Shown: piece by piece, positions 22,494 to 35,049 of the stretch
Position numbering within the stretch: position 1 is the stretch's first letter
Layout of the letters: each line of letters begins with the position of its first letter
Source: Squalus acanthias
Lineage: Eukaryota
DNA length: 64,000 bases
Assembly: GCA_030390025.1 (NCBI GenBank)
Contig: CM059425.1
Location: 165,790,001 to 165,854,000 of the forward strand
Direction of reading: 5' to 3'
Notes under the pieces: generated by a model
What the model was told of the DNA's origin: nothing
Databases searched by the model: none
What the model saw: only the letters and a program-made list of their open reading frames with translations
Position numbers and translations under genes: made by a program

Positions 22494-24400
22494 ATAGAAT
22501 CATAGAATGGTTACAGCATGGAAGAAGGCCATTCGGCCTGTCGAGCCCATGCCGGCTCTCTGCAAGAGCACTTCAGCTAGTCCCACTCCCCTGCCCTTTC
22601 GCCGTAGCCCTGCAATTTTTCTTCCTTCAGATACTTAGCCAACTCCCTTTTGAAAGCCATGATTGAATCTGCCTCCACCACCCTTTCAGGCAGTGCATTC
22701 CAGATCTTAACCACTCATTGCGTAAAAAAGTTTTTTCTTACGTCACCTTTGGTTCTTTTGCCAATCACTTTAAATCTGTGTCCTCTGGTTCTCGTCCCTT
22801 CTGCCAAAGAGAACAGTTTCCCTCTATCTACTCTGTCCAGACCCATCATGATTTTGAACACCTCTATCAAATCTCCTCTGCTCCAAGGAGAACAACCCCA
22901 GCTTCTCCAGTCTATCAATGTAACTGAAGTCCCTCATTCCTGGAATCATTCTCATATATCTTTTCTGCACCCTCTCTAAGGCCTTCACATCCTTCCTAAA
23001 GTGTGGTGCCCAGAATTGAACACAGTACTCCAGTTGGGGCCGAGCCAGTGTTTTATAATTTCCACACTTTTTTTGTACTCTATACCTCTATTTATGAAGC
23101 CCAGGATCGATCCCGTAAGCCTTTTTAACTGCGCACTTCAACGATTTGTGCACACATACCCCTAGGTCTCTCTGTTCGTGCACCCTCTTCAGGATTGTAC
23201 CATTTAGTTTATATGTCCTCTCCTCATTCTTTCTACCAAAATGTATCACGTCACACTTTTCTGTGTTAAATTTCATCTGCCACGTGTCTGCCCATTTCAC
23301 CCGCCTGTCTTTGTCTTCCTGAAGTCTATCACTCTCCTCCTCACTGTTCACTATACTTCCAAGTTTTGTCTCATCTGCAAATTTTGAAATTGTGCCCTGT
23401 GCACCCACATCCAAGTCATTAATATATATCAAGAAAAGCAGTGGTCCTAGAACCGACCGCTGGGGAACACCACTGTGTACCTTCCTCCAGTCCGAAAAAC
23501 AACTGTTCACCACTACTCTCTATTTCCTATTACTTAGCCACTTCCATATCCATGCTGCCACTGTCCCTTTTATTCCATGAGCTTCAACTTTGTTGGCAAG
23601 CCTATTATGTGGCACTTTGTCGATCACCTTTTGGAAATCAATGTACACTACGTAACCACATTACCCTCATCAACCCTCTCTGTTACCTCATCAAAGAACT
23701 CAATCAAGTTAGTTAAACACGATTTGCCTTTAACAAATCCGTGCTGGCTTTCCTTAATTAATCCATACTTGTCCAAGTGACTGTTAATTTTGTCCCTGAT
23801 TACTGTTTCTAAAAGCTTCCCCACTACCGAGGTCAAACTGACTGGCCTGTAGTTGCTGGGTTTATCTTTACACCCTTTTTTGAACAATGGTGTAACATTT
23901 GCAATTCTCCAGTCCTCTGGCACCACCCCCGTATCTAAGGAGGATTGGAATATTATGGCCAGTACCTCCGCGATTTCTGCCCTCAATTCCCTCAGCATCC
24001 TTGGATGCATCCCATCTGCTCCTGGTGATTTATCTACTTTAAGTACAGCCAGCCTTTCTAATACCTCCTCTTTATCAATTGTTATCCTATCAAGTATCTC
24101 CACTACCTCCTCCTTTACTATGTCTATGGCAGCATCCTCTTCCTTAGTGAAGACAGATGCAAAGTACTTGTTTAGTACCTCAGCCATACCCTCTGCCTCC
24201 ATGCCTAGGTCTCCTTTTTGGTCCCTAATCGGCCCCACCCCTCCTCTTACTACCCTTTTACTATTTACCTGCCTATAGAAGACTTTTGGATTACCTTTTA
24301 TGTTGGCTGCCATTCTATTCTCATATCCTCTCTTTGCCCCTCTTATTTTCTTTTTCACTTCTCCTCTGACCTTTCTATATAGAGCCTGATTCTCAGATGT
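22494..24400 (-). mobile_element. CR1 LINE, 5'-truncated (RT domain to 3' tail)
   Basis: ORFs with KSPGADGMHPR, NYRPVSLTS, QHGFVKGKSCLTNL, SGVPQRSVLGP, FADETKL; ATTCTATG-type tail repeats at 22494-22508. Confidence 0.95.
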
Positions 24401-25440
24401 ATTCCTTCCCGAACCATTCTAATGCTTTGTTTGACTTGCTATTATAGTACTAATGATGGAGAGCATGAAGTTATACTGCCCTTCTCATACCATTTCTGAT
24501 CAGTAGAAAGCAGCGCTCTGTTAACTGGAATCAGTCTACCAGTGAAGTTTTTGTTAGAAAAGGGTCAATGAGATAATCAACTCTCTTCTAACATTAGAAA
24601 CCTAAAGAAGAACCAACGGAGTGATTGAACGTTTTTCATGAATTGTTTAAAAAGTTGTCTTCGCACCAGTTATGCTGCCACTGGTGTGAAGCTGAAGTGG
24701 TTTGAGACTGCCTCATCCCTGATGGCAAATACTGAACTGATGTTTTAGCAGCAATTATACTGTAATTCTTGCTTTGCACTAAAGCAGAAACTGCCTTAAA
24801 AGAGGGCAACATTTGGAGTTACAACTGCAAATCAACTGATATGCTGATAGGGTTAGATGAAGAGGTTTGGGAGGAAGCTCATGCAGAGCATAGACCAGTT
24901 GGGCGGGATGGCCTGTTCCTGTGCTGTAAATTCTGTGTAACTCACCGTAACATATGTTTTATAGTTAGCAATTTTGTAGTAGTTCTATTACCTCTGTACT
25001 TTTACTTTCTCCTGTTGAAGATGTTCATACAAGGGAATTTGTGGCATGGATTAGCTTACCTAAACTGGAAGTAGCTCTTTAGCTTTCACAAGACATGTAC
25101 CACAGTTAGTTGGACAGTTACCTAACCAAACTGTCACGGAGTTTAAAAACTTACTCAGAATCCTTATTTTGTTCCTCTACTATACATTTTGAAAGACATT
25201 CAACAACCCAATGGGGAAAGTGGTTAATGTAAGTTAATTCTGTTTTACTTAGAAAAAAAACTGCCTGAAATTCCAGTTCAATAAGGCCCTTTTCTTCAAA
25301 GCTTAAAAAAGACAAAGATGAGTGTCAATAGTATTAGTTTTGGAATGGGCAGATACTACTGCATGTGTTGGTGTTAAAACTAGGGCCTAATGGTAGAAAA
25401 GGCCTGAGAAAACTAATCTTCTTTTTGAAGCAGACACATT

Positions 25441-25947
25441 GGGGAGAAATTCGGTATCGCCCCGTTTGGGCCGCAATTATCGGCCGGGCGCAAAGATTAA
25501 CGCCTGGCGCTAATTATCACCTCCGACTGCAAACTTGACTTTTATCGCCCCTGGAGGTGATTGGAGCGCTAAATCAGGCGCTACACATCTGTCTTAAGGC
25601 GCAAAGGCCGAGGAGCGAGGCGCTACCTCAGAGCGCTGGCGAAGCTCATGTGATGTCAGTCAGCAATGGAACACACACACAATGGCACGGGCCAGTTCTT
25701 AAAGGGGAATGTCGATCTTGCTCTCCATCCACATCCTGCTCATTGCAGCCTTGAATCTCGGCTTGGAGAGACCTGTACATCAAATCTGCTGGAAAGAACA
25801 ATGGAGAGTACCAGGGAAAGAGCTCAGAGTGCAGCCCCCACAGTCTCTTCTAAATCGATACAAGGAAGGGGAAATCAAAATGAACCTGCAAAGTGTTGCT
25901 CAGTACCCAAAACTCCTTCACACAGCGTTGAATCTCTCCAGAAGTCT

Positions 25948-25992
<45 letters not shown>

Positions 25993-26349
25993 AATGCGTG
26001 GTTCAAAAATGTCACCAACAAAAAAAGGCAGGAAGCGGTCGCCTTTAAATAGCGCTCCCCCAGTCTCTTCCTGACTGCAAAACGCTCCCCTCAACCTGTC
26101 GTTGCTAGCGGCAGGCGGTAAGGCAGGGGGGCGCCACTCAATATCCGCTCCGGGGCGTTGCGCACTCGACTGACATCACGATCTGCCGGCGCAGGAGATC
26201 GTGGCGGTACTGTTTAGCGCTGCCGCAAAATGTCTAGTTAATTTCGCGAGCGCCACAAACATCGCCGCGCCCGGGCGCTAGTTGCTTTGCGCCCCATTAG
26301 CGCCCTCTTAAGGCGTTAACGGGAGGTGCAACCAACTGAATTTTTCCCC
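25441..26349. mobile_element. GC-rich Harbinger-type MITE
   Basis: TIRs GGGGAGAAATTCGGT / ACTGAATTTTTCCCC, flanked by ATT and AAT; the right end is homologous to that of 44818-45313. Confidence 0.8.
25951..25990. repeat. (TC)n microsatellite inside the MITE
   Basis: 20 uninterrupted TC units. Confidence 0.95.
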
Positions 26350-26538
26350 AATGCACCAAAACTCTTTCAGTGCTTAAAAATAAAAGCTGTTTAGACTTTT
26401 CCCAATTCTGTGAGGACGATCTATCTCAAGACTACTAGAGTCCTGTGTTGGGAGGCAGTCCTTATAAAAAATTTCAAATTAGCTATTCAGATGTATTGGC
26501 TAGATTTTAAATTCATTAGCCACCTCACTAAATATAAT

Positions 26539-26689
26539 GGGGTTAATTTTGACTTTTGGTGATAGTATAGAATGGATGATATCGATTCCTGATATGTGTT
26601 TCCATTGACTTCAATGGAGATGAAAATCGGGAGAGGTGTATAACAGGCGGCTAAATCGATAGCCCCCATTTTGCATCAAAACTACCCCC
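26539..26689. mobile_element. Short Harbinger-type MITE (about 150 bp)
   Basis: GGGGTTAATTTTGA ... TCAAAACTACCCCC with AAT on both sides; internal stem tccattga-ct-tcaatgga. Confidence 0.7.
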
Positions 26690-29600
26690 AATGTATGATG
26701 AGCCTTAATTATTTTTCCTCAATTTGTTAGTCAAAAGAAAGATTCATGTTGTGTATTTTACCATATAAAACCAACATTAGCAGTTGACGAATTGATCAAT
26801 GGTCATTTTGGCCCTGAGAATGCCTTCTCCTGTGTAGCCTTATTCAATTTTTGTTTGTTAAATGATTTCAAAATACCCTTCCTCACACACTTGTTCATGC
26901 ATGCACATACTCATTTTTCTGCTGGGGAATCAAGACAGGAACATTTCACTTGCCAACCAGTCAAGGTGAGCTACTTCCACATTCAGTGAGCTAAAAAACA
27001 AAGCAGCTGGCCAGATGTTTATCCCTTGATTTGCAATCCTTTGCTACTTTTTTCTACATCTAATGCTTTGTGGCTGTGCTTTGATGTATTAGGTCTGGAG
27101 TTATGCCCTCGATTCCCCATGTGATCGGTTTCATGTCTTGGCTGTTGAGGAGCGGGAGGGGAAGGACAAACTAAAACAGCCAAGGTGCTTTCTCATAGGG
27201 GAAAATAAGCAGCCAAGCTACCTGAGACCACCTTCGTGGTTTAAGTATCCCTGACATGAGAGCATGTTAGCTGCCTACTAGAGAAAGGCAGATGGCTTAG
27301 GAAGACCTTTAAAAGAGGGCAGAAGATATATTTAGAATAGGAAAGGGAGCAAGTTAATATTTTGATTCATTTATTTCTTCACTGGATTTTAATCAAACTT
27401 TTTAAGTATCTTTCCATAATCAAATACAGTGCAAAATGAATGATGATTTTTCCAGTAATTTTATTTACTTAACCATTCTATTTTATTTGTTTTATCTGTT
27501 GTGCCAAGTTTGGCAAGAAGCTGACAATGGAATGCAAACTGGATTGCAATTACAGTACTGTAAAAATGAGGATACAGTTGTTATGGATAACTGAAAGTGT
27601 ATCTAAGTCATTTGCTTTATTACAATATACACATTACAGTACAGCATAACCATCTTTAAAAAAAAGGACTTAAAAATCTTTTTTTGGAAAAATGATCTTT
27701 AAAAACAAATTAATCACATCTAGCAATACAGTTTGTTGCCAAAGGGTTTGTGCACTGCTAAAACATGGGTAAAGTTATAAGCATCGCCATGTTTGAACAT
27801 TATCACCTGATGTGGTTTTCACACCTAAACAAAAATGCTCATCACATTGATTGCTAAAATTGCTTGAACCCAAGCATCTGATGAGGTTAAAAAGACTCGG
27901 AAACATCACTGAATTGGTTACTAGGTCATTTTTGTTCACACCTAGACAAAAACACTTGTAAAAAGAGTTTAACACATTGATTGGCAAAAAAGGGCTGAAC
28001 ACATCAGCGTTAGAGCAGTAGTACAAAGACTGAATAAATAAATCCACACTTTCATTCAAGTTAATTTATATGTTTTATTCATTTAACTTTATTCATTTAA
28101 CAGGGACAGCTATCATTGAAAAAGATAGATAAGGGATTTGTGCGTTGAGATTTTATTCTCTTAAACATTTAGTTTTTTTATCGGTTATTCATTGAAAGTG
28201 GGCTTGGCTGTACTGGATTCTGTATAAAAATATCAGTGGTGGCTCAGTGGGACGCCCGCACAGGCTGCTGATAATGTTACTGGAGCTGCTCAGCAGTGAA
28301 GCAGAGAGCCGAAATGGCAGGTATCCACTGAAAATATGCTATTAAAATGAGAATATGTCCTAATAGATAGGAGATATTGTAATTTAAATAAAAAGAAATG
28401 GGGAGTAGGTGTATGAAAGTACCCCATCTAGCCTTTCCACTCTTTTTTTTTTAAGTGTTGAAGTTGGGACCTCGATTGTTTCTGAAACAGTAAAGAGTTT
28501 GGTCACGACAGCAGCATTCTCTTCCTGTTCCTATTTCTGTTTCACACATACCAACTGTCTTTGACTCTTGTGTCCTGCTGCTGCCAGCAGATTCGCCAAG
28601 TGTCCCTCGTTAGGGACGACAGTCACAATAGTTTTAAAATAGAGCCAATTTTGATGTATGCCACTCCCAAGAATTAACACAGCTCCATATGTTTAAACCA
28701 GTTAGCACTCCCAACATCTTTCTGGCGCTAACTGCTGTGTGCCAATAATCTATCACCTTTTACCCACAGTGGCACTGAGATTCAAGCTGTTTCTTCAAAT
28801 TTGCTGGTTGGTTAGCTGGAGTGGTGAGGAGAGGGTTTACATCACTAGATACAACAGGCCTAATGTTATTTTACGTGAATTAACCTGGAATTCATCCATT
28901 AAAATGAAATTTATCTCTCAATAACAAAATGGTTCTGGCCATAACTGATGTTCTGTAAGTGCAGTATTCCTATAGTTACCTGCAGTGAATTGTAGGCTGT
29001 GATTTGGGGGGATGTACAGGAGATTACACAGTTGCAGCATTATTGGATAAATTGGATACAGGTCAAAATTGTCTGTTTAATTTTAGACTTCCTTTGTAAA
29101 ACAACCTTCTTTCAATATTCATTTCTCCTGGCCCATTGAGTTCTGTATTTCTTTGTTCTTGAGTGCTGATGTGCTTCATTTAAAGAATGTTAGAAAGGGG
29201 GCTTTGCAAAACAGTAGCCTTGTGCTGTTTTACATGGAAATTGTCTGATTTTCACTACAAAATGGCTCTTGTTAATTAGTAAAGTTTGCAGACTGCTAAA
29301 CGTTTGTTTTTCAGGGAAATGGGAACTCTGAATGTATTAATAAAAAAAATCAAGTTAGACTGTGCTGCTACTAGTTATGTTATAGTTACATTATATTCTC
29401 AAAGGTAAATTTGGCATCAATATGTGGTCTGTCCATGCATCAGTTTCACTTTGCAAAGTCAATATGCTCAGGAGAAACACTTTTTTGCCAGTTCTGCTGC
29501 TTAGCAAATGTAGAAATCTGGGATCAGTAACAGTCTAGGAAAGGGAATAATTTATTGCAAATGTTACCTCAAACTTGTCAGGGAAAGTGTGCAATAACAA

Positions 29601-29887
29601 TTTGAAATGTGCCTCATATCGAATCCGAATGAACCGTATGCTGCCATAAAAAGCTAACCTCCCATCGCTCAGTGGGCCTAGTTAGTATTTTTACAGTCCC
29701 TGAAGATGATATTTCACACTAGTGAAAATAAAAATTATGTTATACATGTGTGAATGTTGCCTAAATGTCCAATGTATATGTTACGGGACAGAAATAACTC
29801 TTACTGGAATTTGAGATGTACCAAAATATCTGAATGCAAACCAGCATCCAACTTAAGATGAAATGCTGCATTTTCCCTACAGTGAAT

Positions 29888-30140
29888 TCTTTTTATTCAT
29901 TCATGAGATATGGGCGTCGCTGGCAAGGCCAGCATTTATTGCCCATCCCTAATTGCCCTTGAGAAGGTGGTGGTGAGCCTCCTTCTTGAACCGCTGCAGT
30001 CCGTGTGGTGAAGGTACTCCCACAGTGCTGTCAAGGAAGGAGTTCCAGGACTTTGACCCAGTGACGATGAAAGAAAGGTGATAAATTTCCAAGTCAGGAT
30101 GGTATGTGACTTGGAGGGAAACTTGGAGGTGGTGGTGTGA
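29888..30140 (-). mobile_element. LINE family A 3' end
   Basis: Near-identical to 58405-58640 (gcatttattgcccatccctaattgcccttgagaaggtgg...). Confidence 0.85.
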
Positions 30141-30557
30141 CTTGATGAGGAAGCATGATTAGAAGATGATCTTTACTGGATGAGTGTTGAATGCAACAGG
30201 TGGTTAAAAATGAGTATTGTTCTTTTTCGTCCCCCAGATATTTAAACTGTAAATAATTTTGTGTGCATGGTATAAAAAGAATATTTAAGTTGAAGATGAA
30301 TAAAACCAGTGCTACAATGGAGTGCTTTTATCTAATGCAGTCTCAGTTTTATTTAGCACCCAGAGTTATGAAAGTGAGCAGTAAGATTGTGACATCTTGT
30401 GGGGTTAGAAAATTAACCTCTAAACCAAGGCTGAACCTTGTAATTTTTGCCTTGCTGGTAGAGATGCTAGGTCTCACATAGGCTTGGCTATCTTATGGTT
30501 GGGAATGTGAAGCAGAAAGATTGATCAGGTGGTGATAGTTGAAAACTGGAGGTCACT

Positions 30558-32680
30558 TTCTTCTTCTTCTTAGGCAGTCCCTCGGAACCGAGGATGATTT
30601 GCTTCCACACTAAAAATGAGTTCTCAAGTGACTGATGAGTCCAATGCGGGACCTACAGTCTCTGTCACTGGTGGGGCAGACGGTGGTTGAAGGGGCAGGT
30701 GGGTGGGGTGCTTGGGTTGACGTGCGCTCCTTGCGCTGCCTGCGCTTGGCTTCCGCTTGCTCCCGGCGAAGAGACTCAAGGTGTTCGGCGCCTTCCTGGA
30801 TGCTTCGCCTCCACGGAAGCATCACCTCCACTTTGAGCGGTCTTGGGCCAGGGATTCCCAGGTGTCGGTGGGGATGTTGCACTTTTTCAAGGAGGCTTTA
30901 AGGGTGTCCTTGAAGCGTTTCCTCTGCCCACCTGGGGCTCTCTTGCCGTGTTGGAGCTCCGAGTAGAGCGCTTGCTTTGGGAGTCTCGTATCGGGCATGC
31001 AGACAATGTGGCCCGTCCATCGGAGCTGATCGAGCGTGGTCAAAGCTTTGATGCTGGGGATATTGGCCTGAGCGAGAACACTGACGTTGGTGCGCCTATC
31101 CTGCCAGTGGATTTGCAGGATCTTGCGGAGGCAGCGTTGGTGGTACCTCTCCAGTGCTTTGAGGTGCCTGCTGTACATGGTCCATGTCTCTGAAGCATAC
31201 AGGAGGGCGGGTATCACTACTGCTCTGTAGACCATGAGAAGGCTGCACTGGCACAATGAAGGCAGTGTTGGACTTCGTCATCGACGTCTGCCCTTGTTGA
31301 CAGTAGGCTCCCGAGGTATGAAAAGTGGTCCACGTTGTCCAAGGCCTCATCATGGATTTTGATAATCGGGGAGCAGTACTGTGTGGCGGGGGCAGGTTGG
31401 TAGAGGACCTTTGTCTTACGGATGTTTACTGTAAGGCCCATGCTCTCGTACGCTTCGGTGAAGGTGTTGACAATGGTTTGGAGTTCGGCCTCAGAGTGTG
31501 CGCAGATGCGAGCGTCGTCTGCATACTGTAATTCGATGACAGAGGATGGGACGACCTTGGATCTGGACTGGAGGCGACGGAGGTTGAACAGTTTCCCGTT
31601 TGTTCTGTAGATTAGCTCCACTCCAGCGGGGAGCTTACTGAGGGTGAGATGGAGCATTGCAGCCAGGAAGATCGAAGAGCGTTGGTGCGATGACACAGCC
31701 TTGCTTGACCCTGGTCCGTACGTGAATTGGATCTGTGGTGGATCCGTTGGTCAGGATCATGGCTTGCATGTCGTCGTGAAGCATGTGGAGGATGGTGACA
31801 AATTTTTGAGGGCAGCCGAATTTGAGGAGGACACTCCATAATCCCTCACGGTTGACGGTGTCGAAGGCCTTTGTGAGGTCAAAGAAGGCCATGTACAGTG
31901 GTTGATGCTGTTCCCTGCATTTCTCTTGTAGTTGACGCGCGGTGAAGATCATGTCCATTGTGCCCCTTAGTGGGCGGAATCCACATTGCGACTCTGGGAG
32001 GAGCTCTTCAGCCACTGGGAGAAGGCGATTGAGGAGGATTCTTGCGATGACTTTCCCTGTGGCAGACAGCAGGGAGACTCCTCTGTAATTACCGCAATCG
32101 GACTTGTCATCTTTCTTGAAGATGGTCACGATTACGGCATCTCTGAGATCCCCTGGCATGCTCTCCTCCTTCCACATAAGAGAAATGAGTTCATGTATTC
32201 ATGCCAATAGTGCTTCTCCACCATGTTTTAGCACCTCGGCGGGGATTCCATCTGCTCCTGAGGCCTTGTTGTTCTTCAGTTGTCGGATGGCCTTTTCAAC
32301 CTCATGCCGGGCTGGGGTTGTGCTGAGATGGTGGCGGGTAGTATGCTGCGGGATGGCATTGAGGACACTCACGTCGAAGACAGAGTCTCGGTTAAGGAGA
32401 TCTTCGAAGTGCTCCTTCCAGCGGGCACTGACTGCCTCTCTGTCCTTGATGAGTACCTCTTCGTTCTTGGCCCGCAGTGGGGTAGGACCTTGGGTGCTTG
32501 GGCCGTAGGTGGTCTTGACTGCGCTAAAGAATCCACGCACGTCGTGGTTGTCGGCTAGCTGCTGGATCTCCGCTTTCTCCACCCATCATCTGTTCTTTAG
32601 GTCGCAAGTTTTTTGTTGGACCTCGGCCTTCAGGCTTCTGTAGAGCTGCTTCTTGCTCTCGAGTTCTGTTGCTGTTTCCA
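30558..32680 (-). mobile_element. RTE (BovB-like) LINE, 5'-truncated and frameshifted
   Basis: KNNKASGADGIPAEVLK, CGNYRGVSLLS, PESQCGFR, FFDLTKAFDTV, VKQGCVIAPTLF, ELQYADD, QLRWTGHI, C-terminal CPT.DRDCRSRIGLISHLRTH; (GAA)n tail. Confidence 0.95.
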
Positions 32681-34227
32681 GATCAGGTTATGCCAGCAGA
32701 CTCCTTCAGTAAGGACTTCCTTCAGGTAAAACTTTATCTTTGGGAGCAGTAGAGGATCGAGGGGAAGGTAAATATGAACATTACAAAGATAAGAAAGATA
32801 AGTACAGTTGAGGGAGGCCTTTACATCCTCCAGCTCAGTGTTCTGTAGCATCATGCCCCATTACAGCTTCTGACTGCCTCTTGATTAATTCAGAGGTTTT
32901 GCTTTCACTACCTTATTTGAAAGACCATTTCAGGTATTATGTGAAGAGCAGTGTTGAGGAGAGGGGATGGCTCAATCTAGTACATTAGCAGCTAGACTCG
33001 GGTGTGCCTGGGAAAGTGGGGATTTGGGTGGAAGCTGGGAGAGAAATAGGAAGGATTGAGTGGGGGAAGAGGTGCTTGATCTGTGCTAGTTATTGTCAGA
33101 AAACACTGACAGCTGACAGGTCCCAAAAACACTGACTGTCAGTGTCATACGTTGACAGTTGGCATATATGATTCTTAAATTCTACCCTGGATCCCAACTG
33201 CTTAGCTTACCTTGTAGCCTTTCACGTGGAATTCATAGCAATGCTTGAGTTTCACCTGGAACTAGGCGAGCAGAAAACTATATTGACCCTTTCCCCCGGT
33301 CACAGTAAATTAAGTGACTGGGACGGGGAGGTCATTTCAATGGTAATAATGCTCCACATTGGACCCCAAAGTCTACTACAGGAATAAACCACACCACCCA
33401 TGCCAACATAAAAATGATCCAACAGCCTCCCTTGCCTTCATCTCCTCCATTACCACTATGGCTTTGGCCTCCTGCCAACATATAGATGAAGTATCCCTAA
33501 TGCACAATATCCTCCTAGCTTCCACAGTGCTCTCAATAATTCAATGTATAGTTTATATCCCTGCAAAGTATTGTGTGAACAAAGTGTTGAATGACTCAGC
33601 CATTTATGTATTCCTGCTAAATATTAATAAGCTATTAAAATATAAATATATCTTGTGCCTTCCACTCACCAGACACAGATGAGTATGCTGGGAACTGTTT
33701 GTGTGTTTATACAAGTGTCTGCAAACACTTAATGCAAACCACCTCTGTAACTTAAAATTGTGGTATCAAGTTTTACTCAGTTATTTTATTAGATACCTTT
33801 TTGGCTGAGGCACTGGGTCCCTTTCATAAATAGTTTGACTTAGCTTGCTATTGAAATCCTCCTTTACTAATAAAAAGTAAGGTGTGGTTAAAACCTAGTT
33901 CAAACAGAGCAGTAGAGTTATTGTTTTTGATTAGAGTTGTTTACAAACGCAAGTTGACATTTCCCTATTGTACAAATCACCTTCTGTGTTTTACCACAGT
34001 TCTTACAATCATTAACTTTGTTGAGCAGTAATTTCACGCAGGTTTAAAGTGTAAAAGAGCTAGGTGTGTTTTCTTCAAGTTTTGATATTCAGTCACACAA
34101 TCAGTGATTTCTGAATTTTAGAAATCAGGATTAAACTTAATAAAATGTGCTACACACTTTACATATTGTAGTACAGCTCTTGTTAATGTTTTTCACATCA
34201 ACAGTACTTTAAACTAAACCGTGACAG

Positions 34228-34465
34228 TAGGACAATGGGGCATAGATTCAAACTAGCAAAAGGCAATTTGGATTGATGTCAGGAAGTTCTTCACACAAAG
34301 ACTGATCGACACGAGTGGTCTTCTGAGGAGGGTAGTAGAGGCAAAAACCCTGCATTCATTTGAGAAAAAGTTGACTACTGTGTTGAAGGAATTGAACTGA
34401 AGGGTCTTTCTAAGTGAATCAGCTAAAATGGGTCAAATGGCCTTCCTTATCTGTATCTATCTTGT
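34228..34465 (+). mobile_element. Old CR1 3' end
   Basis: Degenerate RT.GH.FKL...RKFFTQR...VVEA coding remnant and gggtcaaatggcct hairpin. Confidence 0.6.
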
Positions 34466-34929
34466 GCGAACAAAGATGTTGCTTTCAAACAATCTCATTC
34501 TAATCCCACCAGCTGTTGATTTTACTGTTGCCTTTTATAATATGGCGTACTCAGAGTCACATTAGAACCATGCCAATTATACTGATGTTCAGAGGAGTCT
34601 GTGTGCGTACCTGAGCAAAGACCATTTGTTCCTACAAATTCTGCAGTTTATAGTCTAATTCTGTGGAACTTTGTACCCAGCAAGGTGAGGAGGGTTATTA
34701 CTGGGAAATAGAACACTTTCTCCAATGCCCAGTGTCCGCTCAGGTCAGAGAGAGGAAAATGCAACTCCCTGTCCTCGGCTGCAAAATGTGCCTTATCCTG
34801 ACCTCGCAAGATAACCCTCTTCTGCATCATGTGAGAATTTTCCATTTTGCACACCAGCCATCTTTATGGCCTCTTTACAATGGGATCGCCAATTTAAGGG
34901 AGTTTTGTGTTATGGGCTAATGTGATTTC

Positions 34930-35049
34930 TAGACTCATTTCACAGCAGGTCTGTACAGCTAGTTTCATCGCATCAGCCTGATGTGGGTTGAACCCAGTTT
35001 GCACAGATGAAAAGACAACATGCTATACCTCTGTACCATCCAGGCTCCT
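34930..35049 (-). mobile_element. LF-SINE-like 5' fragment (tentative)
   Basis: Minus strand GAGCCTGGATGGTACAGAGG...TCTTTTCATCT...CTGGGTTCAACCC...TGTGAAATGAGT resembles the LF-SINE head as I recall it. Confidence 0.35.

Noticed and set aside
23853..24278. Ser/Leu-rich antisense ORFs (also 48405-48821, 54163-54501, 63520-63930)
   Set aside because: These are shadow ORFs on the opposite strand of CR1 ORF2.
28237..28320. 84-nt GC-richer segment ending CAG|GTATCC as a + strand exon
   Set aside because: The acceptor lacks a polypyrimidine tract, the donor is weak, and the peptide is not recognisable.
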